From Acidimicrobiia bacterium (GTDB taxonomy: Bacteria; Actinomycetota; Acidimicrobiia; Spongiisociales; SHLN01): a stretch of DNA of 64,000 bases. Below are positions 1-9,472 of this stretch, piece after piece. The stretch is taken from NCBI GenBank assembly GCA_041567895.1, contig JBFGAX010000001.1, forward strand, positions 1,578 to 65,577. The letters are read 5' to 3'. The position numbers and the translations under genes are program-made. The notes beneath the pieces were generated by a model. The model was not told the DNA's origin. It was given only the letters and a program-made list of their open reading frames with translations, and made no database searches. Positions within the stretch are counted from its first letter, which is position 1. The number at the start of each line of letters is the position of its first letter.

Positions 1-585
1 CATGGTCAGTGTTGCCTCGAGGAACCGATCGGCATGGCGTGGAGATTCGGCGTATGTTCGAATCGCCAAGCCGAAGGGCTCGCCTTCAACACGCACCGCA
101 CCGAGCGACCTCGCGACGTTGCCGGGAGCGCCGGTCGCAATGATCACGAGGCCGGCCAGCCATTGCTCGCCGGCCGCAGAGACGCCGATCACGCGGTCAC
201 CCTCGAACAACAGCGTCGCCTCCGACTGCCAATGCACAGCGGCTCCGGCCTCTTCTGCGGCATCGATCAGGGCAGCATCGAGGCGTTTTCGTGGCCATAC
301 GGCTCCCTGCGCCGGGAACCTGCTGGTTCCCGGCCAATCGAGTTGTCGTTGGGTGCGATTGGCGATCATGCGCAGCCCTTGTATGTGGTGAGCATCGGAC
401 ATGTCGATCTTCAGCTCGTTGAGAGCACCGACCGCCCTGGGTGTGAGGCCATCGCCGCATACCTTGTCACGGCCATACGGCGCCTTGTCGAATACGACGA
501 CCGCAGATCCGTTTCGTGCCGCCTGAATCGCCGCGGCAGCACCTGCGGGACCGGCGCCAATGACGGCGATGTCAACTGATTTCAT
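1..585 (-). CDS. FAD-dependent oxidoreductase, geranylgeranyl-reductase-like (N-terminal part only; gene runs off the left edge)
   Basis: Minus-strand frame open from the window edge to ATG at 585..583. My translation begins MKSVDIAVIGAGPAGAAAAIQAARNGSAVVVFDKAPYGRDKVCGDGLTPRA (GxGxxG FAD fold, CGDGL). Absent from the ORF track because there is no stop inside the window. Plus-strand ORFs 2..391 and 34..579 are antisense artefacts. Confidence 0.7.
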   Translation of the reverse strand, partial: MKSVDIAVIGAGPAGAAAAIQAARNGSAVVVFDKAPYGRDKVCGDGLTPRAVGALNELKIDMSDAHHIQGLRMIANRTQRQLDWPGTSRFPAQGAVWPRKRLDAALIDAAEEAGAAVHWQSEATLLFEGDRVIGVSAAGEQWLAGLVIIATGAPGNVARSLGAVRVEGEPFGLAIRTYAESPRHADRFLEATLTM

Positions 586-696
586 GGAGTACGCCCGGGC
601 ATGAGGGACTGCAACGTTACCTGCTGTGTGGTTTGGAACTCCGGTTGGTTCCCATGGCGGGGGGACACCGGCCGGTTCCCGTGTCGGAGACGAAAC

Positions 697-720
697 AGGG
701 GCGGCCCAAGGGCCGCCCCT
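697..720 (-). terminator. Intrinsic-terminator-like hairpin 22 nt downstream of the ABC substrate-binding gene
   Basis: Perfect inverted repeat aggggcggccc/gggccgcccct. On the minus-strand transcript it is followed by UGUUUCGU, a moderate U-tract. Confidence 0.45.
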
Positions 721-742
721 TTCATTCGCCTCGAGACCTTAA

Positions 743-2116
743 CTATCCCGCGGGATCCCAATCGGACATGTACGGGGCAACGAAAAAGTCGCTCACCGGC
801 TCCAGCCCGAACTGATTCTCCGCCGTTGCCACAGCAATGGCGTCGAGGTTCGTGGTGATGCGATCTTTCGGAGTCGGACCGAATCCGGCCGCACCGCCGC
901 CGAGCCCGAAGTCGACGTCCTGAACGAGGTCGACGGCTGACACCAGGCCCTTGCGGGTCAGGTCGCCGTTTTCGATTGCGGCCAACAGGATCTGCTCAAA
1001 GGTCTGAGCCTGCGTGAAGCCGAAGTAATAGAACGCCGTGATGGCCTCCGTCGGCACGCCTGCCGCCTCGGTGATTGCTCGCATCTGCTGCATGCCCGGC
1101 AAATCCGATTCCCACGTTGGCGAAGTACCGAGGTTGTAGAAGGGGAACGAGTTGAACGCCGCCGCGCCGGCCTCGGCTCCTCCTTCTCCACCAAGTGCGC
1201 CAAGCAGGACGTTGATGTACGACGGGCTCGAACCGAACAGCACAGGCGAGTATTGAATCGCCAGTGCAGTACCAGCCATCGTTGCCAGAGCGGTCGGCAA
1301 GGTGCATAGGAACAACACGTCGACGCCCGCTGCCTGGGCACCACCAACCTGGGCGCTGTAGTCGGTATCCGTTGCCGCGTAGGTTGCCTCGTACGCTGCG
1401 TTGAAGCCGAGGTTTTCCTGGGCGAAGTCGTAGCCATTCTTACAGTCCTCGCCGTAGTCGTCGGCCTGGTAGACGATCCCGACGACGCTCTCATCCGTTA
1501 TGACCGGCGGGTCGGCGATCTCCATGGCCCAGTACGGGGCGTTGGCGAACTGAGCGAAGTACGTGTTCGACGCCAGATTCAAAACGACGTTATTGGTGAG
1601 TGCCCACTGGGAAGCGAGCGATCCTGCTGCGACCAACAAGTCTTCGCCTGCCGCGTCTTCGTAAATGGTCGCGGTCGTTGGGGTTCCGATGGTCGACGAA
1701 AAGGCAAGGACCTCATCCTTGATTTCGTTGTAGACGACAACGTTCGTCTCCGGGTTGTAGGCGTTATCGCGAATCACGAGCTCGACGGGATACTTTCCGG
1801 CAACGCCACCGTCGGCGTTGACCGCGCCCCAGTAGGCCTGGTGACCTGCGAGCAAGGACTGACCGATACCGGCAATCGGGCCGGTAGTGGCAGCGAGGAC
1901 GCCCAGCTTGATCGTTCCGGTCTCGGGATCGAAACCGACGTCGCTGAGCATTTCCATTGCATCTGGATCGGGCTCGGGATCCGTCTCAGGAGCCGACGTC
2001 GTGGTCGGTGCCTCCGTAGTAGACGTCGCCAGGGTTGTCTCGCTCGTTTCCCCGCCGCAGGACACTGCAACGAGTGCCAGAACGGTGCACAGAGCAATCA
2101 GTTTTCTTACATTCAT
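743..2116 (-). CDS. ABC transporter substrate-binding lipoprotein, LivK/LivJ (branched-chain amino acid / hydrophobic acid) family
   Basis: ORF 743..2203. The likely true start is the internal MNVRKLIALCTVLALVAVSCGG (ATG at 2116), which has a signal peptide plus lipobox VAVSC. It is followed by a Thr/Pro-rich linker and a periplasmic-binding-protein type I fold. Confidence 0.85.
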   Translation of the reverse strand: MNVRKLIALCTVLALVAVSCGGETSETTLATSTTEAPTTTSAPETDPEPDPDAMEMLSDVGFDPETGTIKLGVLAATTGPIAGIGQSLLAGHQAYWGAVNADGGVAGKYPVELVIRDNAYNPETNVVVYNEIKDEVLAFSSTIGTPTTATIYEDAAGEDLLVAAGSLASQWALTNNVVLNLASNTYFAQFANAPYWAMEIADPPVITDESVVGIVYQADDYGEDCKNGYDFAQENLGFNAAYEATYAATDTDYSAQVGGAQAAGVDVLFLCTLPTALATMAGTALAIQYSPVLFGSSPSYINVLLGALGGEGGAEAGAAAFNSFPFYNLGTSPTWESDLPGMQQMRAITEAAGVPTEAITAFYYFGFTQAQTFEQILLAAIENGDLTRKGLVSAVDLVQDVDFGLGGGAAGFGPTPKDRITTNLDAIAVATAENQFGLEPVSDFFVAPYMSDWDPAG

Positions 2117-2209
2117 GGTGCTGGGATTTCCTTCTCTAGAGCGGCGGGAGGCTGGCCCGCACCGGACAAATGTAACCGCAACGAAACCCTTCTGCACGCT
2201 CAACGCGAT

Positions 2210-3373
2210 TTAATAGCTGAAGGGCCAGCCTTTCCAATAGTTGCGAACGCGGAGCCAGATCCCGAAAAGCCCGAGCGGCTCAAACACGAGGAACAGAATG
2301 ATGAACAGGCCGAAGAGAATCGCGCTGAAGACTGCGGTATCAAAGGTTCCTCCCCCAACGTCAGCGACGAACGGCAGCCATCCCTGTTGGGCGAGATACG
2401 ACACGAGCTCCGGAAGCCCTACCACGAACAGCGCACCCAGCGCAGCCCCTAGGACCGTTCCGATGCCACCGATCACGATCATCGCCACATATTCGACCGA
2501 AAGCAGAAGACCTGCGCCACCGCCGAAATTGCTTCCGATCGGGTTGCCGAGAAATACACCCAGCAATACGCCGGCCGCCCCCGCGTAGAACGAACTGATG
2601 CCAAATGCCACCAGCTTCGCCCACGTGACGTTGACGCCGATGACTTCTGCGGCGATATCACGATCGCGGGTTGCCTGAAAAGCCCGTCCGACTCTGCTGC
2701 GTGCGATGTTTTTGCCAACGAGATAGGCGATGATCGCGACGATCAAAGATGCGAAATACAGCTCTTCGCGATTACTCAGCCCAAAGAAAGCCTCCTCCTG
2801 TCCTGGCAGAACAAGAGATATAGGAGGGGCACTCCTGCCCCGCGAGGCTCCCGTGATCTGCTCGAGACCGGGAGCACCGAAGAGAAACTCACCAAAAAAG
2901 ACGAGGGCGACCGTCACCAGTGACAGATAGAGGCCCCGGAGCCGAACGGCGGCAGGAGCCACCAGCAAGCCAAGGACTGCCGCTACCAGACCCCCTGCCA
3001 GAACAGCCACCCACCACGGGAGGCCGAATCCCCAGAACGACACCCCCGAGAGCGTTGTGGCTCCCGGTTGCTGTGTCACCATGGCCCCCACGAACGCACC
3101 GACCCCCAGGAAAAAGGCATGACCCAACGACACCTGACCTGCGAATCCCGACAGGAGGTTCAGCCCGAGGGCACCCGTTGCCGCGATGAGGATCGAAATC
3201 CCGATGGTCAGCCAAAAGGATCCGCTCACGCCTATCACCGGCAGATCCGTTCTTGTCAGGAATGGAAATGCGACCAGAGCCGCAATCAGGATCATGAGCC
3301 AGGTCTTGTTCACCCGATCCGGAAACAGAGCCATGTCTTTGGCGTAGGTGGTACGAAGCTTGCGTTCGGGCAT
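2210..3373 (-). CDS. ABC transporter permease, LivM family
   Basis: 387 aa polytopic membrane protein with LivM-type conserved core. Start ATG overlaps the upstream permease stop (TGATG). Confidence 0.85.
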   Translation of the reverse strand: MPERKLRTTYAKDMALFPDRVNKTWLMILIAALVAFPFLTRTDLPVIGVSGSFWLTIGISILIAATGALGLNLLSGFAGQVSLGHAFFLGVGAFVGAMVTQQPGATTLSGVSFWGFGLPWWVAVLAGGLVAAVLGLLVAPAAVRLRGLYLSLVTVALVFFGEFLFGAPGLEQITGASRGRSAPPISLVLPGQEEAFFGLSNREELYFASLIVAIIAYLVGKNIARSRVGRAFQATRDRDIAAEVIGVNVTWAKLVAFGISSFYAGAAGVLLGVFLGNPIGSNFGGGAGLLLSVEYVAMIVIGGIGTVLGAALGALFVVGLPELVSYLAQQGWLPFVADVGGGTFDTAVFSAILFGLFIILFLVFEPLGLFGIWLRVRNYWKGWPFSY

Positions 3374-4407
3374 CAGACCCTCCTCACCTCTTCAGTACCG
3401 AACAGGCCATATGGGCGCACGAGCAACACGAGCAGCATGAGGACGTATGGGAACACCAGATGGAAGTTCGGGAGACTCACCGGAAGTTCGGCCAGAATCG
3501 GATTGAGGTATCGGGTTGAGAGCACCTGGGCGACGCCGATTCCGAGACCGCCGACAACCGCACCACCCGGCGAGTCGAGACCTCCGAGAATGGCTGCCGG
3601 AAAGGCGTTGAGGGCTGAGAATCGAACAGTGGTGAACGAGATGAAACCTGCCAGGCGAGCAGGAATGAACATGGCTCCGGCTATAGCTGCCATCGCTCCC
3701 CCGAGAGCCCAGGCCAGCCCGAATACCGTGGAGGCTTTGATGCCCATCGCCATTGCAGCCTCCTGATCGAGAGCCGTGGCGCGCATTGCAACCCCGTATT
3801 TCGAAAACTTGAAGAACGCGAAGAAACCGAGCACGACTACGACCATCACGACGATGGCCCAGACGCTCGCCCATTGGATGGAAAGATTTCCGACCCGCAG
3901 ACTGGCGGTGACCGGAAAGGGCGTTGGCATGGCCTTCTGTAGAGGATTCCAAAACGATTGGACGAGCGTGCTGATGACCAGCTCGAGACCCAGCGTCACG
4001 AGTACAACAGCAAACACTGGCTGCCCGACGAGCTTTCGCAATGCCGTACGCTCGATCAGTACTCCCAAGAGCGCAACGAAGACGATTGCGAGAAACACCG
4101 AAATCGGAAACCGCACATTGATGTGAAGACCGGTCCACCAATCCATCCACTCCGGAAAGGGCAGAAGTTGGCCGAGGCCGCTTATCGGCCATACTCTGGG
4201 AACCTGGCCCGCGACCAGGCTGAAGGTCACGTACACGCCAACCAGCATGAGAGCACCGTGGGCAAAGTTCAGAACGCCGGTGGCCTTGTAGATGATCACA
4301 AACCCCAGGGCAATCAGCGCATACACGGCGCCCAGCGCAAGCCCTTGCAGGGTGAGCTGGACAATTTCTTCGAATGTCGAGAGCTGCGCGATCTGGGCGA
4401 CGATCAT
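3373..4407 (-). CDS. ABC transporter permease, LivH family
   Basis: 344 aa; MIVAQIAQLSTFEEIVQLTLQGLALGAVYALIALGFVIIYKATGVLNFAHG is a classic LivH N-terminus. Confidence 0.85.
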   Translation of the reverse strand: MIVAQIAQLSTFEEIVQLTLQGLALGAVYALIALGFVIIYKATGVLNFAHGALMLVGVYVTFSLVAGQVPRVWPISGLGQLLPFPEWMDWWTGLHINVRFPISVFLAIVFVALLGVLIERTALRKLVGQPVFAVVLVTLGLELVISTLVQSFWNPLQKAMPTPFPVTASLRVGNLSIQWASVWAIVVMVVVVLGFFAFFKFSKYGVAMRATALDQEAAMAMGIKASTVFGLAWALGGAMAAIAGAMFIPARLAGFISFTTVRFSALNAFPAAILGGLDSPGGAVVGGLGIGVAQVLSTRYLNPILAELPVSLPNFHLVFPYVLMLLVLLVRPYGLFGTEEVRRV

Positions 4408-4408
4408 C

Positions 4409-6268
4409 TCAGCTCCCGTAGATGTCTGTGATGAGCTCAGAGAACATTTCGCTGATCTTGCTGCGTTTCACCTTCTGCGTTGCGGTGAGCTCACCATCTT
4501 CATGGTCAAGCGCTTTTGGCATGAGCCGGAATTCCCTCACCTGCTCGACTCGTGCAAAATCCTCGTTGACCCTGTCAACCTCCTTTTGAATGAGTTCTCG
4601 CACTTCGGACTTTTCTGTCAGATCCCTGAATGTCGTGAACGGAATGTTCTTGCGAAGAGCCCAGGCCGAGACGGTGTCCAACTCGATACCGATGAGGGCC
4701 GATACGAACTTGCGTCGGTCTCCGATCACAATCGCCTCTTTTATGAAGGGGGACACCTTCAGCTTGTTTTCGATTTCTGAGGGTGAAAGGTTCTTGCCCC
4801 CGGCCGTCACGATGATGTCTTTTTTCCGATCGACGATCTTGAGATGATCTCCATCCCACTCCCCCACATCGCCGGTGTGCAGCCAGCCATCCGGTGTCCG
4901 CGCCTCGGCCGTTGCCTCGGTGTCCTTGAAATAGCCGACGAACACAGCCGGATGCCGAACCATGATCTCTCCGTCAGTGCCCAGTTTCACCTCGCACCCG
5001 GGGTTCGGGACGCCCACCGTTCCCAGTTTTGAATCCCCCATGCGGTTGACGGTCGCATAAGCGGTGTTCTCTGTTTGGCCGTAGCCTTCGAAGATCGGTA
5101 CTCCCAGAGCCATGAAAAACTTCAGCACTTCCGGGGCGATCGGAGCGGCCGCCGAAAGTGCACCAACTGCATGCCTCATGCCGATCTTGTCTTTCAGAGA
5201 CCGATAGCAAAGGACATGGAACGGCCAATGCACGAGTTCGCCCAGAAATCCCCGACGACCCGTCTCGAGTATGCGATCGGCGTTCCACATTCCGGCCTTC
5301 ATGGCCAGACCGAAGATGAATCTCTTGACAGGCGAGGCATCTTGCATACGCAGCAGGATGCCGGCGTGAAGCTTTTCCCAAATGCGAGGTACGCCGAGAA
5401 ATACGGTTGGTTGCACTTCCCGAAGATCGGCGGCCACGGTGTCGATCGATTCTGCGAAGTTCACGATCCCGGCGAAGTACAGCACGTTGATCGTTGAGTA
5501 CAACTTTTCGGCGACATGGCACAACGGCAGATACGAGAGGATCTCAACCGGGTCCGGCATGTCGGTCAAGCCTGCAGCAACGACCTCGGGAACCCGGTCC
5601 ATCACCCAGACAATGTTGCGATGGGACAGCATCGCTCCTTTGGGGGGTCCGGTTGTCCCCGATGTGTACACCAGTGTCGCCAGCGAGTCAGGATCAATGT
5701 CATCGACGAGGCGATCAACAAACGTTGGTTCCGATGCGAGGGCGTCCTCGCCCAACTCCATGAACTCCGTCCACGACATCAGCAAGGGATCCCGATAATT
5801 TCGAACGCCTCTCGGTTCGATGTAGATGATCCTGGTCAGGTGCGGCAGCTGGTCCTTCACTGCGAGTGCTTTGTCGACCTGCTCCTGGTCCTCGGCGATG
5901 AGGACTCTGGCTTCAGAATGCTGCAGCAGGTAGAGGACCTCGGGAGTCGGGTTGGTCGGATAGAGCCCAACGCTGACAGCTCCGATACTCTGCGCGCCAA
6001 GGTCGCTGATGACCCACGCCTTTCGGTTTTCCGAGTGAATTGCGACCACATCGCCCGGCTCGACTCCGAGCGATCGCAACGCCATGCCGACGGTGCGCAC
6101 GGCGTCCCAGTACTCCAGGTAATTCGTCTCCTGCCAGATACCGAATTCCTTCTCCCGGAGTGCGACCCGCTCCGGAGTTTGGCGCGCGATCTGACGCAGC
6201 CGGGCAACAACACTGTTGACGGAGATCTCAGCCTCGGGCGGTACGACGGGTCGTTGAGTTGTTGTCAT
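4409..6268 (-). CDS. AMP-dependent synthetase/ligase (long-chain or aromatic acyl-CoA ligase) embedded in the ABC operon
   Basis: 619 aa; AMP-binding motif LVYTSGTTGPPKGAML and overall acyl-CoA synthetase architecture. Confidence 0.85.
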   Translation of the reverse strand: MTTTQRPVVPPEAEISVNSVVARLRQIARQTPERVALREKEFGIWQETNYLEYWDAVRTVGMALRSLGVEPGDVVAIHSENRKAWVISDLGAQSIGAVSVGLYPTNPTPEVLYLLQHSEARVLIAEDQEQVDKALAVKDQLPHLTRIIYIEPRGVRNYRDPLLMSWTEFMELGEDALASEPTFVDRLVDDIDPDSLATLVYTSGTTGPPKGAMLSHRNIVWVMDRVPEVVAAGLTDMPDPVEILSYLPLCHVAEKLYSTINVLYFAGIVNFAESIDTVAADLREVQPTVFLGVPRIWEKLHAGILLRMQDASPVKRFIFGLAMKAGMWNADRILETGRRGFLGELVHWPFHVLCYRSLKDKIGMRHAVGALSAAAPIAPEVLKFFMALGVPIFEGYGQTENTAYATVNRMGDSKLGTVGVPNPGCEVKLGTDGEIMVRHPAVFVGYFKDTEATAEARTPDGWLHTGDVGEWDGDHLKIVDRKKDIIVTAGGKNLSPSEIENKLKVSPFIKEAIVIGDRRKFVSALIGIELDTVSAWALRKNIPFTTFRDLTEKSEVRELIQKEVDRVNEDFARVEQVREFRLMPKALDHEDGELTATQKVKRSKISEMFSELITDIYGS

Positions 6269-6288
6269 TGCCAGGTCCTTTCGATCTC

Positions 6289-7119
6289 CTATTGGGTATC
6301 GACCGCAGGCTTCAGGGCCTGTGTCTCGGCTTCGATCAGTTCTTCCGACTCAAACTCTTCGCCAAGGTACGCGCGAATGACCTCGGGATCATTTTGAATG
6401 AAGGCGGGGGTTCCGGTGGAGATGTTGCGCCCGAAGTCGAGGACCATGATGCGTTCGGCGATGTCCATCACGAGGCCCATGTCGTGTTCGACCAGGATCA
6501 TCGCAATGCCCAATTCCTCCTGGATATCGAGGATGAATCTCGCCATGTCCTCGGTTTCTTCGAGGTTCATTCCGGCCACCGGTTCGTCGAGAAGCAAGAG
6601 TTTCGGCTCCATCGCCAGGGCCCGACCCAGCTCGATCCGCTTCTGGACGCCATACGGCAGCAATGCCACGGGAAACTGACGGTATTGCTCGATCTCGAGA
6701 AAGTCGATGATCTCTTCGACCCGCTCGCGGTTTTCGAGTTCTTCACGCCTGGCTTTTCCCAGCCAGACGCTGGCGGCCGCCCACGACGAGTTCATCTTGT
6801 GATGGCGCCCGAGCATCAAGTTTTGCAACACGGTCATCGCTCCGAACAATTCGATGTTCTGAAACGTTCGTGAAATGCCATCCTCGGCGATGTGATAGGG
6901 CTTGCGACCGATGATGTCCGAACCTTCCCAATAGATCTCACCGCTTTGAGGTTCGTACACGCCGTTCAAGCAATTGAAGATTGACGTCTTGCCCGCTCCG
7001 TTCGGACCGATGATGGCGAATAGTTCTCCCTCGTCGACATGAAACGAGACGCCGTCCAATGCCTTGACACCGGCGAACGACAAATGGACATCGCGGAAAT
7101 CGAGCAGGGGGTTAGCCAC
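6289..7119 (-). CDS. ABC transporter ATP-binding protein, LivG family
   Basis: Walker A GPNGAGKTS, ABC signature and Walker B present; LivG-type C-terminal extension. Confidence 0.85.
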   Translation of the reverse strand: MANPLLDFRDVHLSFAGVKALDGVSFHVDEGELFAIIGPNGAGKTSIFNCLNGVYEPQSGEIYWEGSDIIGRKPYHIAEDGISRTFQNIELFGAMTVLQNLMLGRHHKMNSSWAAASVWLGKARREELENRERVEEIIDFLEIEQYRQFPVALLPYGVQKRIELGRALAMEPKLLLLDEPVAGMNLEETEDMARFILDIQEELGIAMILVEHDMGLVMDIAERIMVLDFGRNISTGTPAFIQNDPEVIRAYLGEEFESEELIEAETQALKPAVDTQ

Positions 7120-7128
7120 AGATCACCA

Positions 7129-7923
7129 TCATGACAACCATCGCTTCTTTCGCTTGTAATGCTTCACGTCCTTGAATGACTTCCGCTCGTCGCCTTCTCC
7201 GTGGAGTCCCAGGTAGAACTCGCGAACATCTGCGTCTTTGGCGAGTTTTGCAGATTCGCCATCCATGACGATCTTGCCGGTTTCCATGATGTAGCCGTAG
7301 TCGGCGATATCCAATGCCATGAGGGCGTTTTGTTCGACCAACAAAACACTGGTGCCTTGACTGTTGATGTCGACAATGATGTCCCGTATCTGCTGCACGA
7401 GGCGAGGTGCCAGCCCCAGGGATGGTTCGTCCAGGAGAAGCACCTTCGGATCGCTCATCAAGGCACGACCGATTGCGAGCATCTGCTGCTCACCGCCCGA
7501 AAGATAGCCGGCAGTCGATTTGGCTCTCCGACCAAGGATCGGAAACAACGTCATGACTCTCTCATATGCCTGGTCGGAGCTCTCTCGATGTTCGTTGGTG
7601 TAACCGCCCGCCCGCAGGTTGTCATCAACGCTGAGTTCGGCGAAGATCCGCCTCCCTTCCAGAACCTGAACAACTCCCCTTTTGACGATTGAGGCCGCAT
7701 CGGCATTGTCGATCCGTTCGTCGTTGAGGGTCACCTCGCCTTTGGTCACCTCGCCGTTGTGGACACCAAGCAGACCGGAGATCGCACGAAGCACTGTGGT
7801 TTTTCCGGCTCCATTCGCTCCGAGAAGGGCAACGATGTTTCCGTCCGGGACCGAGAAGGAGACCCCACGCAAAACGAGGATGACGTCGTTGTACACGACT
7901 TCGAGATTTCGAACTTCGAGCAA
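7129..7923 (-). CDS. ABC transporter ATP-binding protein, LivF family
   Basis: Walker A GANGAGKTT. The track start is at 7971, but the probable start is TTG at 7923 (MLEVRNLEVVY...), which sits 6 nt after a perfect AGGAGG. It carries an unusual basic C-terminal tail GEGDERKSFKDVKHYKRKKRWLS. Confidence 0.75.
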   Translation of the reverse strand: MLEVRNLEVVYNDVILVLRGVSFSVPDGNIVALLGANGAGKTTVLRAISGLLGVHNGEVTKGEVTLNDERIDNADAASIVKRGVVQVLEGRRIFAELSVDDNLRAGGYTNEHRESSDQAYERVMTLFPILGRRAKSTAGYLSGGEQQMLAIGRALMSDPKVLLLDEPSLGLAPRLVQQIRDIIVDINSQGTSVLLVEQNALMALDIADYGYIMETGKIVMDGESAKLAKDADVREFYLGLHGEGDERKSFKDVKHYKRKKRWLS

Positions 7924-8002
7924 ACGTGTCCTCCTCGCGCACAACCTACCAGTGTGGTAGCAGCAGCTCAATGATCGACAAACGAAAAGCTATGGTGCCG
8001 AC

Positions 8003-9472
8003 ATGGAGAGAATCGGCATCGTAGGCGCCGGCACCATGGGCGGCGGGATCGGCCAGGTCGCAGCCACGCACGGTCACCACGTCATGTTGTACGACCATCA
8101 AATCGGCGCGGCGGAGGCAACGATCCAGAAGATTATCGAGCGCTTGGATCGATGGACGCTCTCGGGCCGGGTTGACAAAGGTGAGGTGACCGACATCATC
8201 GGCCGGCTCCGCTTTGCCACCTCGCTCGAGGATGTGGCGGCGTCGGAAGTGGTATTCGAGGCCGTCAGTGAGGATCTTGCGGTGAAACAGAAGCTGTTTG
8301 CGGCGCTGGAAGACATTGTCGGCAATAACACGATCCTCGCCTCAAACACGTCTTCGTTGTCGATAACCGACATCGCAACGGGCCTCCGCCGTCCGGAGCG
8401 GTTTGTGGGAATGCATTTCTTCAACCCGGCGCCGATCATGGAGCTCGTTGAGATCGTTTCAGGCGACCGCACGAGCCCCGAAGTGGCTAACCGTTGCTTT
8501 GACCTTGCACGAGGTTGGGACAAGAGCCCAATCATGTGTCGATCACATCCCGGTTTCGTAGGCAACTTCGTCAACCGCCCGTTCTATCTCGAAGCGCTGC
8601 GAATCCGCGAGGAGGGGGTGGCGGACGAACGAACCATCGACAAGCTCATGGTAGAGGCAGCCGCTTTTCGAATGGGTCCGTTCGAGCTCATGGATCTGGT
8701 AGGCGTGGATGTGAATCTCGCGGTGAGCGAGACTATTTGGAATGCGCTCGAACGAGACCCTCGCTTCGAACCCAGCGGCATTCAGCGCACGATGGTGAAA
8801 CTAGGAAACCTCGGACGAAAGACCGGGCAAGGCTTCTATCAATACGAGTTCAGCGAGGCGCCCTCGAGCCATCGGATCGTCCCACCTGGAGAGCGGGCGA
8901 CTTCGATTCGTGTCGGGCCGACCCCGGGAGGACTGGACGAGCTCGTCCAACGTGCCCGTGAACGAGACATCGTCGTGACGACCGGTGCGGAGATTGATGG
9001 GATAGAGGTCGGAGAGGTTCGACTGCTCTTGAGCGACGGTTATACGGCCAGGGAACACACGATGGGTTCGGCAATTCCCGCTGTGCTGGTTGATTGGGCA
9101 CACGATTTGTCGACCGCGTCGACGCTCGGGATTGCCTCCGATGTGCCGCGGGCCTTGTCGGCTGCAGCAGGATTCTTGGATCAGATCGGAGTCGAAGCCA
9201 TCCACCTCAACGACTCCTCCGGGCTGGTTGTCGGAAGAATCGTCTCCTGTCTCATCAACCTGGCTGCCGAAGCGCTCGAGAAGAAGGTCGCCACCCGGGC
9301 GGACATCGACTCCGCGATGTTGCTCGGGTTCAACTACCCCGAAGGTCCGCTCTCCTGGGGGCGGCGATTGGGACCTGCGGCCGTCGACAGGATCCTTCGA
9401 CAAATGGGTGAGCACCTCGACGGCGGCCGTTACGGTCCAACCGATGCATTAGAAGCTGCTCTGGCTACGTAA
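8003..9472 (+). CDS. 3-hydroxyacyl-CoA dehydrogenase, PaaH-like (NAD-binding domain plus duplicated C-terminal domain)
   Basis: MERIGIVGAGTMGGGIGQVAA Rossmann motif. At 489 aa it is longer than the ~285 aa Hbd, consistent with PaaH/FadB2-like architecture. It is divergent from the ABC operon. Confidence 0.8.
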   Translation: MERIGIVGAGTMGGGIGQVAATHGHHVMLYDHQIGAAEATIQKIIERLDRWTLSGRVDKGEVTDIIGRLRFATSLEDVAASEVVFEAVSEDLAVKQKLFAALEDIVGNNTILASNTSSLSITDIATGLRRPERFVGMHFFNPAPIMELVEIVSGDRTSPEVANRCFDLARGWDKSPIMCRSHPGFVGNFVNRPFYLEALRIREEGVADERTIDKLMVEAAAFRMGPFELMDLVGVDVNLAVSETIWNALERDPRFEPSGIQRTMVKLGNLGRKTGQGFYQYEFSEAPSSHRIVPPGERATSIRVGPTPGGLDELVQRARERDIVVTTGAEIDGIEVGEVRLLLSDGYTAREHTMGSAIPAVLVDWAHDLSTASTLGIASDVPRALSAAAGFLDQIGVEAIHLNDSSGLVVGRIVSCLINLAAEALEKKVATRADIDSAMLLGFNYPEGPLSWGRRLGPAAVDRILRQMGEHLDGGRYGPTDALEAALAT

